Assembly: GCA_036521515.1 (NCBI GenBank)
Contig: DATDHP010000379.1
Location: forward strand, 1-39,049
Source of the DNA: Vicinamibacterales bacterium
GTDB lineage: Bacteria; Acidobacteriota; Vicinamibacteria; Vicinamibacterales; UBA2999
Length of the DNA stretch: 39,049 nucleotides
Direction: 5' to 3'
Position 1 is the stretch's first letter. The number at the start of each line of letters is the position of its first letter. The translations under genes were made by a program, and so were the position numbers. Positions 1 to 9,500 of the stretch are shown piece by piece. The notes under the pieces were generated by a model. The model was not told the DNA's origin. It was given only the letters and a program-made list of their open reading frames with translations, and did no database searches.

Positions 1-1471
1 CGACCTTGGGATAGGCGCTCAGCCACCACATCACGATGCAGATGGCGACGATCACCGTGCCGGCCGTGCGCAGGAACATGACGCCCTGGTCCTTGGCTGT
101 GAGCAGCGCATTTCTGAGCGATGGCGCCTTGTAGGTGGGGAGCTCGAGCACCATCGGGCGCGCCCGTCCCTTGAGGATCGTGCGCCCCAACAGCACGGCG
201 CTGAGGAGCGCCGCCGTCGCGCCGAGCACGTAGCAGCCGACAAACGCGAGCGCCGCAAGCGCCGGACGATTCGCGAAGATCAAGCTGGTGAGCAGGACAT
301 ACACGGGCAGCCGCGCCGAACAGCTCATGAACGGCGCCACGAGTATCGTGGCGAGACGATCGCGCCGGTTGGGAATCAGCCGGGTGCTCATGATTCCCGG
401 AAGTGCGCACGCGTGCGACGTGAGCAGCGGCACGAAGGAGTGTCCAGGCAGCCCGAAACGATAGAGCAGCCGATCCATCACGAACGCCGCGCGCGCCAGA
501 TAGCCTGTGTCCTCGAGCAGGCTGATGAGGAAGAACAGCAAGCAGATCTGCGGCAGGAACACTACCGTCCCGGCGATCCCGCCGACGATCCCGTCGGTGA
601 GCAGATCGCGGACGGGACCTTCCGGCAGCTGACTGCGCACGAGGTCGCCAAGATTGGTGAACGTGGCCTCGATGAGATCCATCGGCACCGTCGCCAGCGT
701 GAAGAGCGTGTAGAACAACGCGCCCATCACCGCCGCAAACGTCACCAGCCCGAGGACCGGGTGCGTGAAGACGCGATCGAGCCGCTCCGCGAACGTGTCG
801 GTTGCGGCGTCAGCCGAGCCCGACGCGGATTCCTCGACGATGCTCTCGGCCCAGGCGGTCAGCACCTCGGTACTCGCATCGGCAAGCGGCAGGTCGCCCG
901 GGCGCGACGTCGGCTGCGCTCCCGCGAAGCTGGTGGCCATCACGCGCCGCAGGACGTCCAGGCCCTCGCCCTTTCGCGCCACCATCGGCACGACCGGCAC
1001 GCCCAGGCGCCGCGCCATCGTCTCGGCGTTGAGCGAGAGCCCGCGCCGCCGCGCCAGGTCGATCATGTTCAGCGCCACGACGAGCGGCTGCCCGTAAGAC
1101 AGCAACTCGCCCACCAGCACCAGGTTGCGCGTGAGGTTGCACGCGTCCACGAGCACGACGACGATGTCCGGCTGCGCACCGCGCTCGCCGGCGAGCACCG
1201 CGCGCACGATGCGCGTCTCGGGAGCGTGATAGCGCAGGTCGTACACGCCGGGCAGGTCGATCACGTCCATGCGCCGGCCGTCCACGTCGCAGTGCCCGGA
1301 TCGCACGGAGGTCGTCGTGCCCGGGAAGTTGGCGGTCTTCGCTCTCGACCCGCACAACAGGTTGAACACGGTCGTCTTGCCCGTGTTGGGATTGCCGAGC
1401 AGCGCCATCCGGCCGGAGCCGGTGGCGACAGCGGCGCCGGGGCGATCAGCGGTCTGCGCGGTGGCGGGCAT
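1..1471 (-). CDS. feoB: Ferrous iron transporter FeoB, N-terminal ~490 aa; C-terminus runs off the left edge
   Basis: Absent from the ORF track because it has no stop in the window. Reverse-strand translation reads MPATAQTADRPGAAVATGSGRMALLGNPNTGKTTVFNLL...VIDLPGVYDL...ALNMIDLA, which are the G1/G3/G4 GTPase motifs. Membrane segments follow (FLPQICLLFFLISLLEDTGYLARAAFVMDRLL). Start is ATG at 1471 or the in-frame ATG at 1408 (MALLGNPN). Confidence 0.9.
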   Translation of the reverse strand, partial: MPATAQTADRPGAAVATGSGRMALLGNPNTGKTTVFNLLCGSRAKTANFPGTTTSVRSGHCDVDGRRMDVIDLPGVYDLRYHAPETRIVRAVLAGERGAQPDIVVVLVDACNLTRNLVLVGELLSYGQPLVVALNMIDLARRRGLSLNAETMARRLGVPVVPMVARKGEGLDVLRRVMATSFAGAQPTSRPGDLPLADASTEVLTAWAESIVEESASGSADAATDTFAERLDRVFTHPVLGLVTFAAVMGALFYTLFTLATVPMDLIEATFTNLGDLVRSQLPEGPVRDLLTDGIVGGIAGTVVFLPQICLLFFLISLLEDTGYLARAAFVMDRLLYRFGLPGHSFVPLLTSHACALPGIMSTRLIPNRRDRLATILVAPFMSCSARLPVYVLLTSLIFANRPALAALAFVGCYVLGATAALLSAVLLGRTILKGRARPMVLELPTYKAPSLRNALLTAKDQGVMFLRTAGTVIVAICIVMWWLSAYPKV

Positions 1472-1784
1472 GATGACGGGTGTGACGCGGCTCACCGTCG
1501 AGCACTACGTTACATGGCTCACCGTCGAGCACTACGTTACACGGCTCACCGTCGAGCACTACGTAGATGCCGCCAGCCACCGAGCTGGAGAGGCCGATGC
1601 GCGTGGCGCGCACCTGGATGATTAAGGGCTCGCCGCTCTTGCAGACGCGCAGACGCGACGCATCGGTGAGGCCGAGCGACCGCAGCAGGGATCGCGTATC
1701 GTCGTCCAGCCGCGTGGTGTGCAGGCGCGCCGACGCCCCGGCCTCGAGGGACGTTAACAGAACGGGATGTGCGTCCGGGATCAC
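1446..1784 (-). CDS. feoA: FeoA family protein with a repeat-expanded C-terminal tail
   Basis: Track ORF with a GTG start. The core LGLTDASRLRVCKSGEPLIIQVRATRIGLSSSVAGGIYV is FeoA/SH3-like. The tail VVLDGEPCN x2.9 is encoded by the 27-bp tandem repeat. It lies directly upstream of feoB and overlaps it in a different frame. Confidence 0.75.
   Translation of the reverse strand: MIPDAHPVLLTSLEAGASARLHTTRLDDDTRSLLRSLGLTDASRLRVCKSGEPLIIQVRATRIGLSSSVAGGIYVVLDGEPCNVVLDGEPCNVVLDGEPRHTRHHARHRADR
1489..1565. repeat. 27-bp tandem repeat, 2.85 copies, in frame inside the feoA 3' end
   Basis: ggctcaccgtcgagcactacgttaca(t/c) at 1489-1515 and 1516-1542, plus a partial copy at 1543-1565. There is one mismatch between the full copies. 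Confidence 0.95.
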
Positions 1785-1826
1785 GGATGCTCGATCCTAG
1801 CACACATGTTGAGACTGGATCTCAAG

Positions 1827-1981
1827 TAGCCGGCGGCAGGCAGCCTGCAGAGGCGGGCAGTTTGGCAGGCGGCCAACTCACTGGGCCGGCTGAAGCCGGG
1901 CCCTGCGACAGTCCCCGGAAACGGGCTGCCGGCTGCGAACCTGTCGGCTTCTGCCAGCCGCCCGCTGCCGGCTGCCAGCTA
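1827..1981. repeat. Low-complexity palindromic intergenic element (GGCAG/CTGCC arms around a central hairpin)
   Basis: Left arm tagccggcggcaggcagcctgcagaggcgggcagtttggcaggcggcc (1827-1874). Central hairpin gggccggc-tgaa-gccgggccc (1883-1903). Right arm gggctgccggctgcgaacctgtcggcttctgccagccgcccgctgccggctgccagcta (1923-1981). The arms are imperfect reverse complements. Confidence 0.55.
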
Positions 1982-2545
1982 TTTGTTCTGGATCGGCACC
2001 GTCCACATGTAAATCGTGCGGCCGTTGACGTTGGCCGTCTGTTCCGCCTTGATGTCGCCCATGTCGAACGCATGCGACACGACGCGCGTGCCGGGCTTCA
2101 GCTCCTTGTTCAGCTTGGGCAGCACTTTCAGGTTGAGCGACGGCAGCAGGTACAGCGTGACGACGGTGGCCTCGCTGATGTCGGTGGTGAACAGATCCTG
2201 GTTCAGGAACCGGACCCTGTCGCCGACGCCGGCCGTCTTCAGGTTCTCGGTGGCTTCGCGAATACGCTGCGGATCGATGTCGATGCCGACCCCGCGCGCC
2301 TTGTAGGTGCGCGCCGCGGTAATCGGGATGCGGCCATCGCCGGACCCGAGATCGTAAATGACGTCGTTCGGGCCAACCTTGGCCATCTTCAGCATCGCAT
2401 CGACGACTTCCTGCGGCGTCGGAACGAAAATGACGTCCGGCGACCGAAGCGGCGCCGCCGTCTGCTGCGCCGCCGAGGGCGCCGCCACTGCCGCGATGAT
2501 CGCGAACCCCAGAACGAGAGTGCGGAGTCTCATGATTCTCCTCAT
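1979..2545 (-). CDS. Class I SAM-dependent methyltransferase with N-terminal signal peptide
   Basis: Signal-like MRLRTLVLGFAIIAAVAAPSAAQQ. Motif I is VIYDLGSGDGRIPITAAR, followed by GVGIDIDP and LFTTDISEATVVTLYLLP. An alternative start ATG lies at 2533. Confidence 0.8.
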   Translation of the reverse strand: MRRIMRLRTLVLGFAIIAAVAAPSAAQQTAAPLRSPDVIFVPTPQEVVDAMLKMAKVGPNDVIYDLGSGDGRIPITAARTYKARGVGIDIDPQRIREATENLKTAGVGDRVRFLNQDLFTTDISEATVVTLYLLPSLNLKVLPKLNKELKPGTRVVSHAFDMGDIKAEQTANVNGRTIYMWTVPIQNK

Positions 2546-2687
2546 ATCGATAGTGGCCGGGCCTCGGGGAGCGGGGATCGCGGATCCGGGACCTGGGAGG
2601 CCCCGACATGCCCTTGGCGCCCGACCCGCCCCTGCTCGCCCCTCCTGAAAGCTCGCCGGGATTATATCCGGAGCCCCGTATTTTGCT

Positions 2688-2693
2688 TATGCT
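2688..2693 (+). promoter_or_regulatory. -10-like hexamer TATGCT exactly 6 nt upstream of the lysC ATG (leaderless-type promoter candidate)
   Basis: The sequence reads ttgctTATGCTgtcctcATG. No Shine-Dalgarno fits between the hexamer and the ATG. Confidence 0.35.
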
Positions 2694-2699
2694 GTCCTC

Positions 2700-3911
2700 A
2701 TGGCGGTCATAGTCCAGAAATACGGGGGCAGCAGCGTCGCCGACGTCCGGAAGCTCCGGCGGGTCGCCGAGCGCGTCATGCGCACCCAGGAACAGCGGCA
2801 CGACGTGGTCGTGGTCGTGTCCGCGATGGGCGACACTACCGACGATCTCCTCAGGATGGCCAAGCAGGTCTCGGCCAATCCCGATCGCCGCGAGCTCGAC
2901 ATGCTGCTCTCCGCGGGCGAGCGCATCTCGATGGCGCTGCTCTCGATGGCCATCCGCGAGCTGGGCGGCGACGCCATCAGCTTCACCGGCAGCCAGTCCG
3001 GCATCATCACCAACGACCGGCACGTCGACGCGCGCATCATCGAGGTGCGCCCGTTCCGCGTGCAGGACGAGCTCGCGCGCGGCAACATCGTCGTGATCGC
3101 CGGTTACCAGGGCGTGTCCTACAAGAAGGAGGTCACGACACTGGGCCGCGGCGGCAGCGACACGACGGCGGTCGCGATGGCCGCGGCGCTCGACGCAGAG
3201 TACTGTGAGATCTGCTCGGACGTTGATGGCGTCTATTCGGCCGACCCGCGCGTCGTCCCGGCGGCGCGGCGCATCGGCACCCTCTCCTACGAAGAGACGC
3301 AGGAGATGGCCGAAGCGGGCGCGAAGGTGCTGAACGCGCAGGCGGTGGAGTTTGCCAAGGAGAAGGGGATCGCCATTTACGCGCGCGCGACGAGCGGGCC
3401 GCTGCCCGGCCCGGATCCGTCGAGCGACGGCACCGTCGTACGCAAGAGCCCGCCGCGCCTGCCGGGCACGGTCGTTGGCGTCGCGAGCGAACGCGACATC
3501 ATCATGCTGGAGGGCGACACGCGTCCCGCGGATCTGCTCACCCTGCTCGACGAGCGCGGCGTGGCCGGCAAGCAGCTCCACGTCTTTTCCGACAGGACGA
3601 CGGTGGCCATCTCGCGCGAGAACCTGCACGACGAGGATCGGCTGCGCGCCGCGCTGGAGACGCGACTGGGCGGCCGCGCTCGCCTCGTCGACGGCCTCGC
3701 GGCGGTCAGCGTGGTCGGCGCCGGCATCAACGCCACCTACGCGAACGTACGCGCCGGATCCGAGACGCTCGCCGGCCTTGGGATTACGCCCGCCGGCACC
3801 GCGACGTCCTCCTTCCGCATCACGTGGATGATCCCGCGCGACCGCATCAACGACGCCGTGCGCGCCCTCCACGAGCGCTTCATCGAGTCGCAGCAGGCAT
3901 TGCTTCCCTAG
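2700..3911 (+). CDS. lysC: Aspartate kinase (403 aa, LysC-type with C-terminal ACT domains)
   Basis: [28 protein letters not shown] and [16 protein letters not shown], followed by an ACT-like C-terminal half. Confidence 0.92.
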   Translation: MAVIVQKYGGSSVADVRKLRRVAERVMRTQEQRHDVVVVVSAMGDTTDDLLRMAKQVSANPDRRELDMLLSAGERISMALLSMAIRELGGDAISFTGSQSGIITNDRHVDARIIEVRPFRVQDELARGNIVVIAGYQGVSYKKEVTTLGRGGSDTTAVAMAAALDAEYCEICSDVDGVYSADPRVVPAARRIGTLSYEETQEMAEAGAKVLNAQAVEFAKEKGIAIYARATSGPLPGPDPSSDGTVVRKSPPRLPGTVVGVASERDIIMLEGDTRPADLLTLLDERGVAGKQLHVFSDRTTVAISRENLHDEDRLRAALETRLGGRARLVDGLAAVSVVGAGINATYANVRAGSETLAGLGITPAGTATSSFRITWMIPRDRINDAVRALHERFIESQQALLP

Positions 3912-3934
3912 CCGGCCCATCGGGCGCCCGGAGC

Positions 3935-3968
3935 CGCCCCACTCGCCCTACGCGCCCCACTCGCCCTA
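3935..3968. repeat. 16-bp direct repeat cgccccactcgcccta x2 in the lysC-to-M2-peptidase spacer
   Basis: Copies at 3935-3950 and 3953-3968 (period 18). The second copy abuts and overlaps the TATCAT hexamer at 3967-3972. Confidence 0.8.
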
Positions 3969-3972
3969 TCAT
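3967..3972 (+). promoter_or_regulatory. -10-like hexamer TATCAT exactly 6 nt upstream of the M2 peptidase ATG
   Basis: The sequence reads cccTATCATgccggtATG, with no SD. Confidence 0.35.
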
Positions 3973-3978
3973 GCCGGT

Positions 3979-5805
3979 ATGAAGTTCACCCCTTTGCTCC
4001 TTACGGCTGTACTCGGCGTCACGGCGGCCGCGTGCCGCAACGTTGTCGCCCCGGGCACCGACAGCGAATCCTCCGGGACCAACGTCGACGCTCCGACCTT
4101 CCTGGCGGAGGCCAACGCAACGATGCTTCGCCTCAGCAATGAGGCGAACCAGGCAGGGTGGGTGCAAAACGTTTTCATCACGCCCGACACCGAGGCAATG
4201 GCCGCGCGTGCCAACGAGGGGCTGATCACCGCGGTGACCCGGTTCGCGAAGACCGCGGCCAGCTACGACCACGTCCAGGGCCCGCCCGATGTTCGCCGCC
4301 AGCTCAACGTGCTCAAGAACGCGCTGACGATGGCGGCGCCCGCCGATCCGAAAGAGACGGCGGAGCTCACGCAGCTCGTAGCGTCGATGGAGGGCGAATA
4401 CGGCCGCGGCAAGTTCTGCCAGGACGGCGAGTCGGGCGAGGACTGCCTCGACATCGAGGAAATCACCGAGATCCTCGCCAAGGATCGCAATCCCGCCCGC
4501 GTGCGCGAAGCCTGGGAGGGCTGGCACACGATTTCGCCCCCGATGAAGAAGAGCTACACGCGGTTCGTCGAACTGTCGAACAAGGGCGCGAAGGAGCTTG
4601 GCTTCGCCGACACGGGGGCAATGTGGCGCTCGAAGTACGACATGCCGCCGGACGAGTTCACGAAGGAGCTCGATCGGCTGTGGGAGCAGCTTCGTCCGCT
4701 CTACCTCTCGCTGCACGCCTTCGTGCGCACGAAGTTGCGCGCGAAGTACGGCGACCAGGTACCGGCGGACGGTCCGATGCCGGCCCACCTGCTCGGCAAC
4801 ATCTGGGCGCAGGACTGGACCAACGTGGACGACATTGTCGGACCGGCAGGCGGCGGCCGCGCGACCTCGCTGACCGATACGCTGCGGGCGCGCAAGATCA
4901 CGCCGATCGAGATGACGCGCTTCGGCGAGCGGTTCTTCACCTCGCTCGGCTTCGAGGCATTGCCGCAGACGTTCTGGGAGCGATCGCTCTTCGTGAAACC
5001 GCGTGACCGCGAGGTCGTGTGTCACGCCAGCGCGTGGATCATCAACAACGTCGACGACCTGCGCTTCAAGATGTGCATCGACCAGACCGAGGAGGATTTC
5101 CGCGTCATCCATCACGAGCTGGGGCACGACTTCTACAGCCGCGCCTACAACCAGCAGCCGATGATCTTCCGCGACGGCGCGAACGACGGCTTCCACGAGG
5201 CGATCGGCGACACCATCGCGCTGTCCGTGACGCCGGAGTACCTGGTGAAGGTCGGCTTGCTCGATCGGGCGCCCGACGCGTCGGGCGACATTCCGCTGCT
5301 GCTGCGCGGGGCGCTCGAGCGGCTGGCCTTCCTGCCCTTTGGACTGGTCGTCGACCAGTGGCGCTGGCGTGTGTTCAGCGGCGAGATCACACCGGATCGC
5401 TACAACTCGGCGTGGTGGGAGCTGCGCGAGCGATACCAGGGCGTTCGGCCGCCCTCGCCGCGTGGGGAGGACTTTTTCGACCCCGGCGCGAAGTACCACG
5501 TGCCCGCGAACACCCCTTACGCGCGTTACTTCCTCGCGTCGGTGCTGCAGTTCCAGTTCCACCGCGCGCTGGCAAAAGAGGCCGGCTGCACGACGCCGCT
5601 GCACCGCTGCTCGATATACGCCAGCGCACCGGCCGGCAAACGGTTGAGGGCGACGCTCGCGCTGGGCCAGTCGCGGCCGTGGCCCGACGCGCTCGAGTCA
5701 CTCACCGGCCAGCGCCAGATGGACGCCACGGCGATGGCCGACTATTTCGCGCCGCTGAAGACGTGGCTCGACGAGCAGAACAAGGGACAGAAGGTGGGAT
5801 GGTAA
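3979..5805 (+). CDS. M2 family peptidyl-dipeptidase (angiotensin-converting-enzyme-like) lipoprotein
   Basis: Lipobox LGVTAAAC. Zinc site is HHELGH plus downstream HEAIGD. The length (608 aa) and N-terminal FLAEANATMLRLSNEANQAGWVQNVFIT are typical of bacterial ACE homologs. Confidence 0.85.
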   Translation: MKFTPLLLTAVLGVTAAACRNVVAPGTDSESSGTNVDAPTFLAEANATMLRLSNEANQAGWVQNVFITPDTEAMAARANEGLITAVTRFAKTAASYDHVQGPPDVRRQLNVLKNALTMAAPADPKETAELTQLVASMEGEYGRGKFCQDGESGEDCLDIEEITEILAKDRNPARVREAWEGWHTISPPMKKSYTRFVELSNKGAKELGFADTGAMWRSKYDMPPDEFTKELDRLWEQLRPLYLSLHAFVRTKLRAKYGDQVPADGPMPAHLLGNIWAQDWTNVDDIVGPAGGGRATSLTDTLRARKITPIEMTRFGERFFTSLGFEALPQTFWERSLFVKPRDREVVCHASAWIINNVDDLRFKMCIDQTEEDFRVIHHELGHDFYSRAYNQQPMIFRDGANDGFHEAIGDTIALSVTPEYLVKVGLLDRAPDASGDIPLLLRGALERLAFLPFGLVVDQWRWRVFSGEITPDRYNSAWWELRERYQGVRPPSPRGEDFFDPGAKYHVPANTPYARYFLASVLQFQFHRALAKEAGCTTPLHRCSIYASAPAGKRLRATLALGQSRPWPDALESLTGQRQMDATAMADYFAPLKTWLDEQNKGQKVGW

Positions 5806-5891
5806 TGGACTCCCCTCAGGTCTTCGATCTTCGGTGACTACGGGCCGAGGACTATCGGAGACCGTGGACCGTAGACCGGACCGGAGACCGA

Positions 5892-6386
5892 ATGCCGGGG
5901 GCGATCGACATTGCGCTGATCGAAGACTGGGAGCAGCTGCGACCGATCCTGCTCCCGTTCCTCGTCCGCGTTGGCGCCGCCGCGGTGTGCGGCGCGGTGA
6001 TCGGCCTCGAGCGCGAATTGAAGGGAAAGCCGGCCGGATTCAGGACGAACATCCTGATCTGCCTCGGCTCGGCGATCTACATGACCGTCGGGTTGCTGCT
6101 CGTCCGCACCAGCGGCGGCGACTTCGACCCGACGCGCATCGCCGCACAGGTCGTGACCGGCATCGGCTTCCTCGGCGCGGGCTGCATCCTGCAGGCGGGC
6201 AAGCGTGTCACCGGGCTGACCTCCGCCGCCACCATCTGGGTGGTGGCCAGCATCGGCCTCGTGGCCGGTGCCGGCTTCCCGCTGCTGGCGTTCATCTCGT
6301 CGTGGATGGTGGTGATTACGCTCGCCGCGCTTGGCACGATCGAAAAGCGCTATCTCGATCCCGAGAAGTCCGATGATTCGCCCTGA
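5892..6386 (+). CDS. MgtC/SapB family membrane protein
   Basis: AVIGLERELKGKPAGFRTNILICLGSAIYM and GIGFLGAGCIL are MgtC family signatures. The protein is 164 aa with about 4-5 TM segments. Confidence 0.85.
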   Translation: MPGAIDIALIEDWEQLRPILLPFLVRVGAAAVCGAVIGLERELKGKPAGFRTNILICLGSAIYMTVGLLLVRTSGGDFDPTRIAAQVVTGIGFLGAGCILQAGKRVTGLTSAATIWVVASIGLVAGAGFPLLAFISSWMVVITLAALGTIEKRYLDPEKSDDSP

Positions 6387-6387
6387 T

Positions 6388-6559
6388 CATCGTTGATTAT
6401 CGATCTTTGATTGTTGAATGGTTGTTGATTGTTGAATGGTGAATATCGATTCTCGTTGTCGATTGTCGATTGTCGATCCTCAATTCAACGTTTCGTCAAT
6501 CGAATCAACAATCAACAATCAACAACGAATCAATAATCAAGAATCAGAAATCAACGATG
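6388..6559. repeat. AT-rich TTGATTG/CAATCAA palindromic element, copy 1
   Basis: Perfect 11-bp termini: catcgttgatt (6388-6398) and aatcaacgatg (6549-6559). Internal arms are ttgattgttgaatggttgttgattgttgaatgg versus caatcaacaatcaacaatcaacaacgaatc. My hand count gives roughly 36% G+C, against GC-rich flanks. It lies between the convergent mgtC-family and nuclease genes. Confidence 0.9.
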
Positions 6560-6561
6560 TT

Positions 6562-9500
6562 CTATTGCCGCGGCACGGTCACCGTCGCGTGCGCGGTTGA
6601 GGTGCCGCCGGCTTCATCGGTTGCCGAAATCGTGATGGTGTAGATGCGGCCGTCTCCACGACGCGAGCGCTCCGCACGCAGCAGGACGTCGTGCGGACCA
6701 AGCACGATCCAGTCCGGCGCCGTCAGCCCGGCGAGCCCCTGACCAGCACCCAGCACCGGCTCGTCGCTCGTGACCCTGAGCGCGGAGGTCGCCAGACCGC
6801 ATGCGTCGCTCGCCGTGTAGCTCACCGCCACCGGCACCATCCGGTGGGACGGGAACAGCAGCTGCGAGCGGCTGACGGACACGTCGGTGATGGCGGGCGC
6901 CGGATTGGCCACCTCGATCGACGCAGTGGCCATGTTGTTGGTCGTGTCGGCATCCGCCGTGTCGGATTCGATCGCGACGGGAACCGCGAGGAGCGTGGCA
7001 TTGGCGACCGTGCAGCTGAGCAGGGCGGTGATATCCAGCGTGACGCTCTGGCCAGCGCCCAGGGTTCCGGTCTGACACGTGACTGTTCCACCAAGCGTCG
7101 AGCAGGCCCACCCGGCAGGTAGCGTCGCGCTCTGGAAGGTCAGGCCCGGCGGCAGCACCGCCGACACGCGCACGTTGGTCGCACCCTCGCCGTCGTTGCC
7201 GGCCACCACCTGCAGCGTCACCGCGCTACCCGCCACGGCGGGTGACGAGGCTGTCGCCGCGACACCAACGTCGGCGCGCGGGCGGAAATAGCCGACAGCG
7301 GCATCGTGGTCCGAGATGCGCGTCGTCACGGTGAAATCCGCTTCGAACGACTCGGGGAAGTCGGCGTTGTTGCGCGCGTACGCGAACAGCGTCAGGTGAT
7401 CGCGCATACGCGCGTTGATGAGCATGTGATCGAGCACCTGCGCCGAGCCTTCGAAGACGTACGAGTAGCGAAATGGTGGCGGCAGCAGGTCCGCGAGATC
7501 GAACAACGTGTGGAGCCAGCGGTCGACGCTCGGCTCCGTGACCTGGTCCGGCGGCGCGGGCGTTCCCTTCAACGTTCCGATCACGTCGACCAGCCCGTCG
7601 TTGAACTCGAACGCGTTCATGTCGCCGAGCACGACGAGGTTCTCGTCGATGTGCGCGGCGATCAGGTCGGCGAGGTCCTCGGCCTGCAAACGGCGTTTCT
7701 CGCGAACCCTTGCGCCAACCGTCAATCCGGTGGCACCGATCAGCTCGTGGCTGTTGACGTCGATCAGCGACCGCAAATGGTTGAGGATCACCGTCACCGC
7801 CGTCCCCGTGTCAATGACGCGCGCTTCGAGAATGAACGGCGGACGATCGTGGAGCAGATCGGTACTCCCGGCGAAGTCGAACGTCTTGCCGCGGTAAACC
7901 TGCTCGGTGCCGAGCACGTCGATCCGGGCACGGTTCACCAGGTAGCCGATGTTCTGCTCGAAGCCCGTGGATTGGCCGTCGCCGTCCTCGAGATATGCCT
8001 CATACGAGGTGCCTGCGGCGGCGTTCACGAGCGCGGCGAGTTGCTGGAGATCGTCGAGATCGCCGACTTCGATGGCACCCAGCACGTCTGGCGTCGCGAG
8101 AACCTCCACGATCACGCGAGCGGCCTTCTGCATGCGCTCCGCGAAATTCGGCGTGCCGTCGCGGAAGTTCTCGAGGTTGAGCGAGGCGATGGTGAACTCG
8201 CCGGCTATGGCGGCGCGCACGGGCGACGGCAGGCGGCCGCCGGCGGCGGTGGCCGAGGCATCGAGCACGACGCGGTAGTTGTCGAACGCGTAGTCGAGCG
8301 GCCCGAAGACGTTATGCACCGTGACTGGCGCGAAGAACGCGCCGGCAGCCAGATTGAGCGGGAACCGTTGATCCACCGTGTTCGACGGGGTCACCGTGAA
8401 CCGTGCATCATCGCTGTCGAGCATGACGCGCTCGAAATTGCCGTCGAATCGCGGCACCGTCGCCGGCGCCTCGCCCGGCAGCGTCTCTGCGATGTCCACG
8501 CCCGGTTGGCGGAAGGGACGCGCCACGCCGGAGATCACCGCGGAGAGCTCCCCGAATCCGTTCGTTGGAGCGACCACCTCCATCACAGGGGCTCCCACGA
8601 GCATGCCTTCGAACGACTCGAACTGCTCCTCCCGGCTTTCGAAGATCACGACGTCCGGCGGAGGCAGCAGCGTGGCGAGATCGAGCGGCGCGGGAAGCGC
8701 ATGGCCCGACGAAAGCGTCTCGATTGCGGCCCCGGTTATTTCGGTCAATGTTCCCGGCTGCACCGCGGTGCTGCCCTTGAATTCCGCGACACGTCCGGTC
8801 ACGCGCACTTCGTCGCCGAGCTGTACGTTCTGCGGCGGCACGGTGCCCGTGAACACGAACACTCCCTCGGACGTCTCCGGCCGGCCATCGTCAGCGCCGT
8901 CGGGTGTCTGGATGAAGAACCCGTTCGTCTTCCGCGTCGTGACGATGCCGGTGGTAACGACGTCCAGGCCGACAAACGGCGAACCGGGGCCATCACCCTG
9001 CAGCTCGTGGATGGTCGTCGGCGTCGGATCCGGCGGGATCACGCCGCCATTCCGCGGATTGGGCGTCGCGACGACGAAGTCAGTGCCATTCTCGTCGGTG
9101 TCCACGTTGCCCGGGGTTCGGACCACGGCGGTCGTGTTGCTCGGAGCCTGCGTGGGCTGCTGCCCTTCGAAGAAGTTGGCGCCCCCGTAACCGACCAGGT
9201 CGATGATTCGGGCCAGTGCCGCCGGGTCGCATGGCGTCGAGCCGCCGTTGCAGCCCAGCGTGTCGGTGCCCGTGACGAGCGCGACCTTGCCCGCGGTCGC
9301 GCTCATGGGGATCGGGTCGTTGTCGATGTGGTCGGGAGTGGGCAGCGGGCTGCCAACAGCTGCGTTGCTGGCCTCCTGGACGAGGAAATACGCACCCGGC
9401 CCCAGGGTCACGGCGGGCAGCTCCGTGCGCTGCGTGCTGCTGCTCCCGAAATTGGCCGCACCCGTGGCGCTCGTGTACTGGATGGAGAGACCGTCCAGCG

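Noticed and set aside
1446-1471. FeoA-FeoB fusion protein
   Set aside because: The feoA frame and the feoB frame differ (offset 1), and feoA has its own stop at 1446-1448. They are overlapping separate genes unless there is a sequencing frameshift.
413-1621. 402-aa plus-strand ORF, and other ORFs overlapping feoB
   Set aside because: It is extremely Arg/His/Ala-rich with no recognisable motif. It lies antisense to a reading frame with unambiguous FeoB GTPase and membrane motifs, which is a typical GC-rich antisense artefact.
2546-2699. Lysine riboswitch (L-box) upstream of lysC; also checked 14573-14680 for aspartokinase-2
   Set aside because: I could not find the conserved L-box helices or core. 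The lysC -10-like hexamer sits 6 nt from the ATG, which leaves no leader for a riboswitch. This needs an Rfam scan for certainty.
1878-3920. 680-aa minus-strand ORF, plus the 479-aa plus-strand ORF 1769..3208
   Set aside because: Both have Arg/Gly/Ala-dominated composition. They span a promoter region and lie antisense or out of frame to the clearly homologous methyltransferase and aspartokinase genes.
3880-5604. 574-aa minus-strand ORF opposite the M2 peptidase
   Set aside because: It is antisense to a gene with an intact HExxH...E zinc site and lipobox. Its low-complexity Arg/Val/Leu composition argues against coding.
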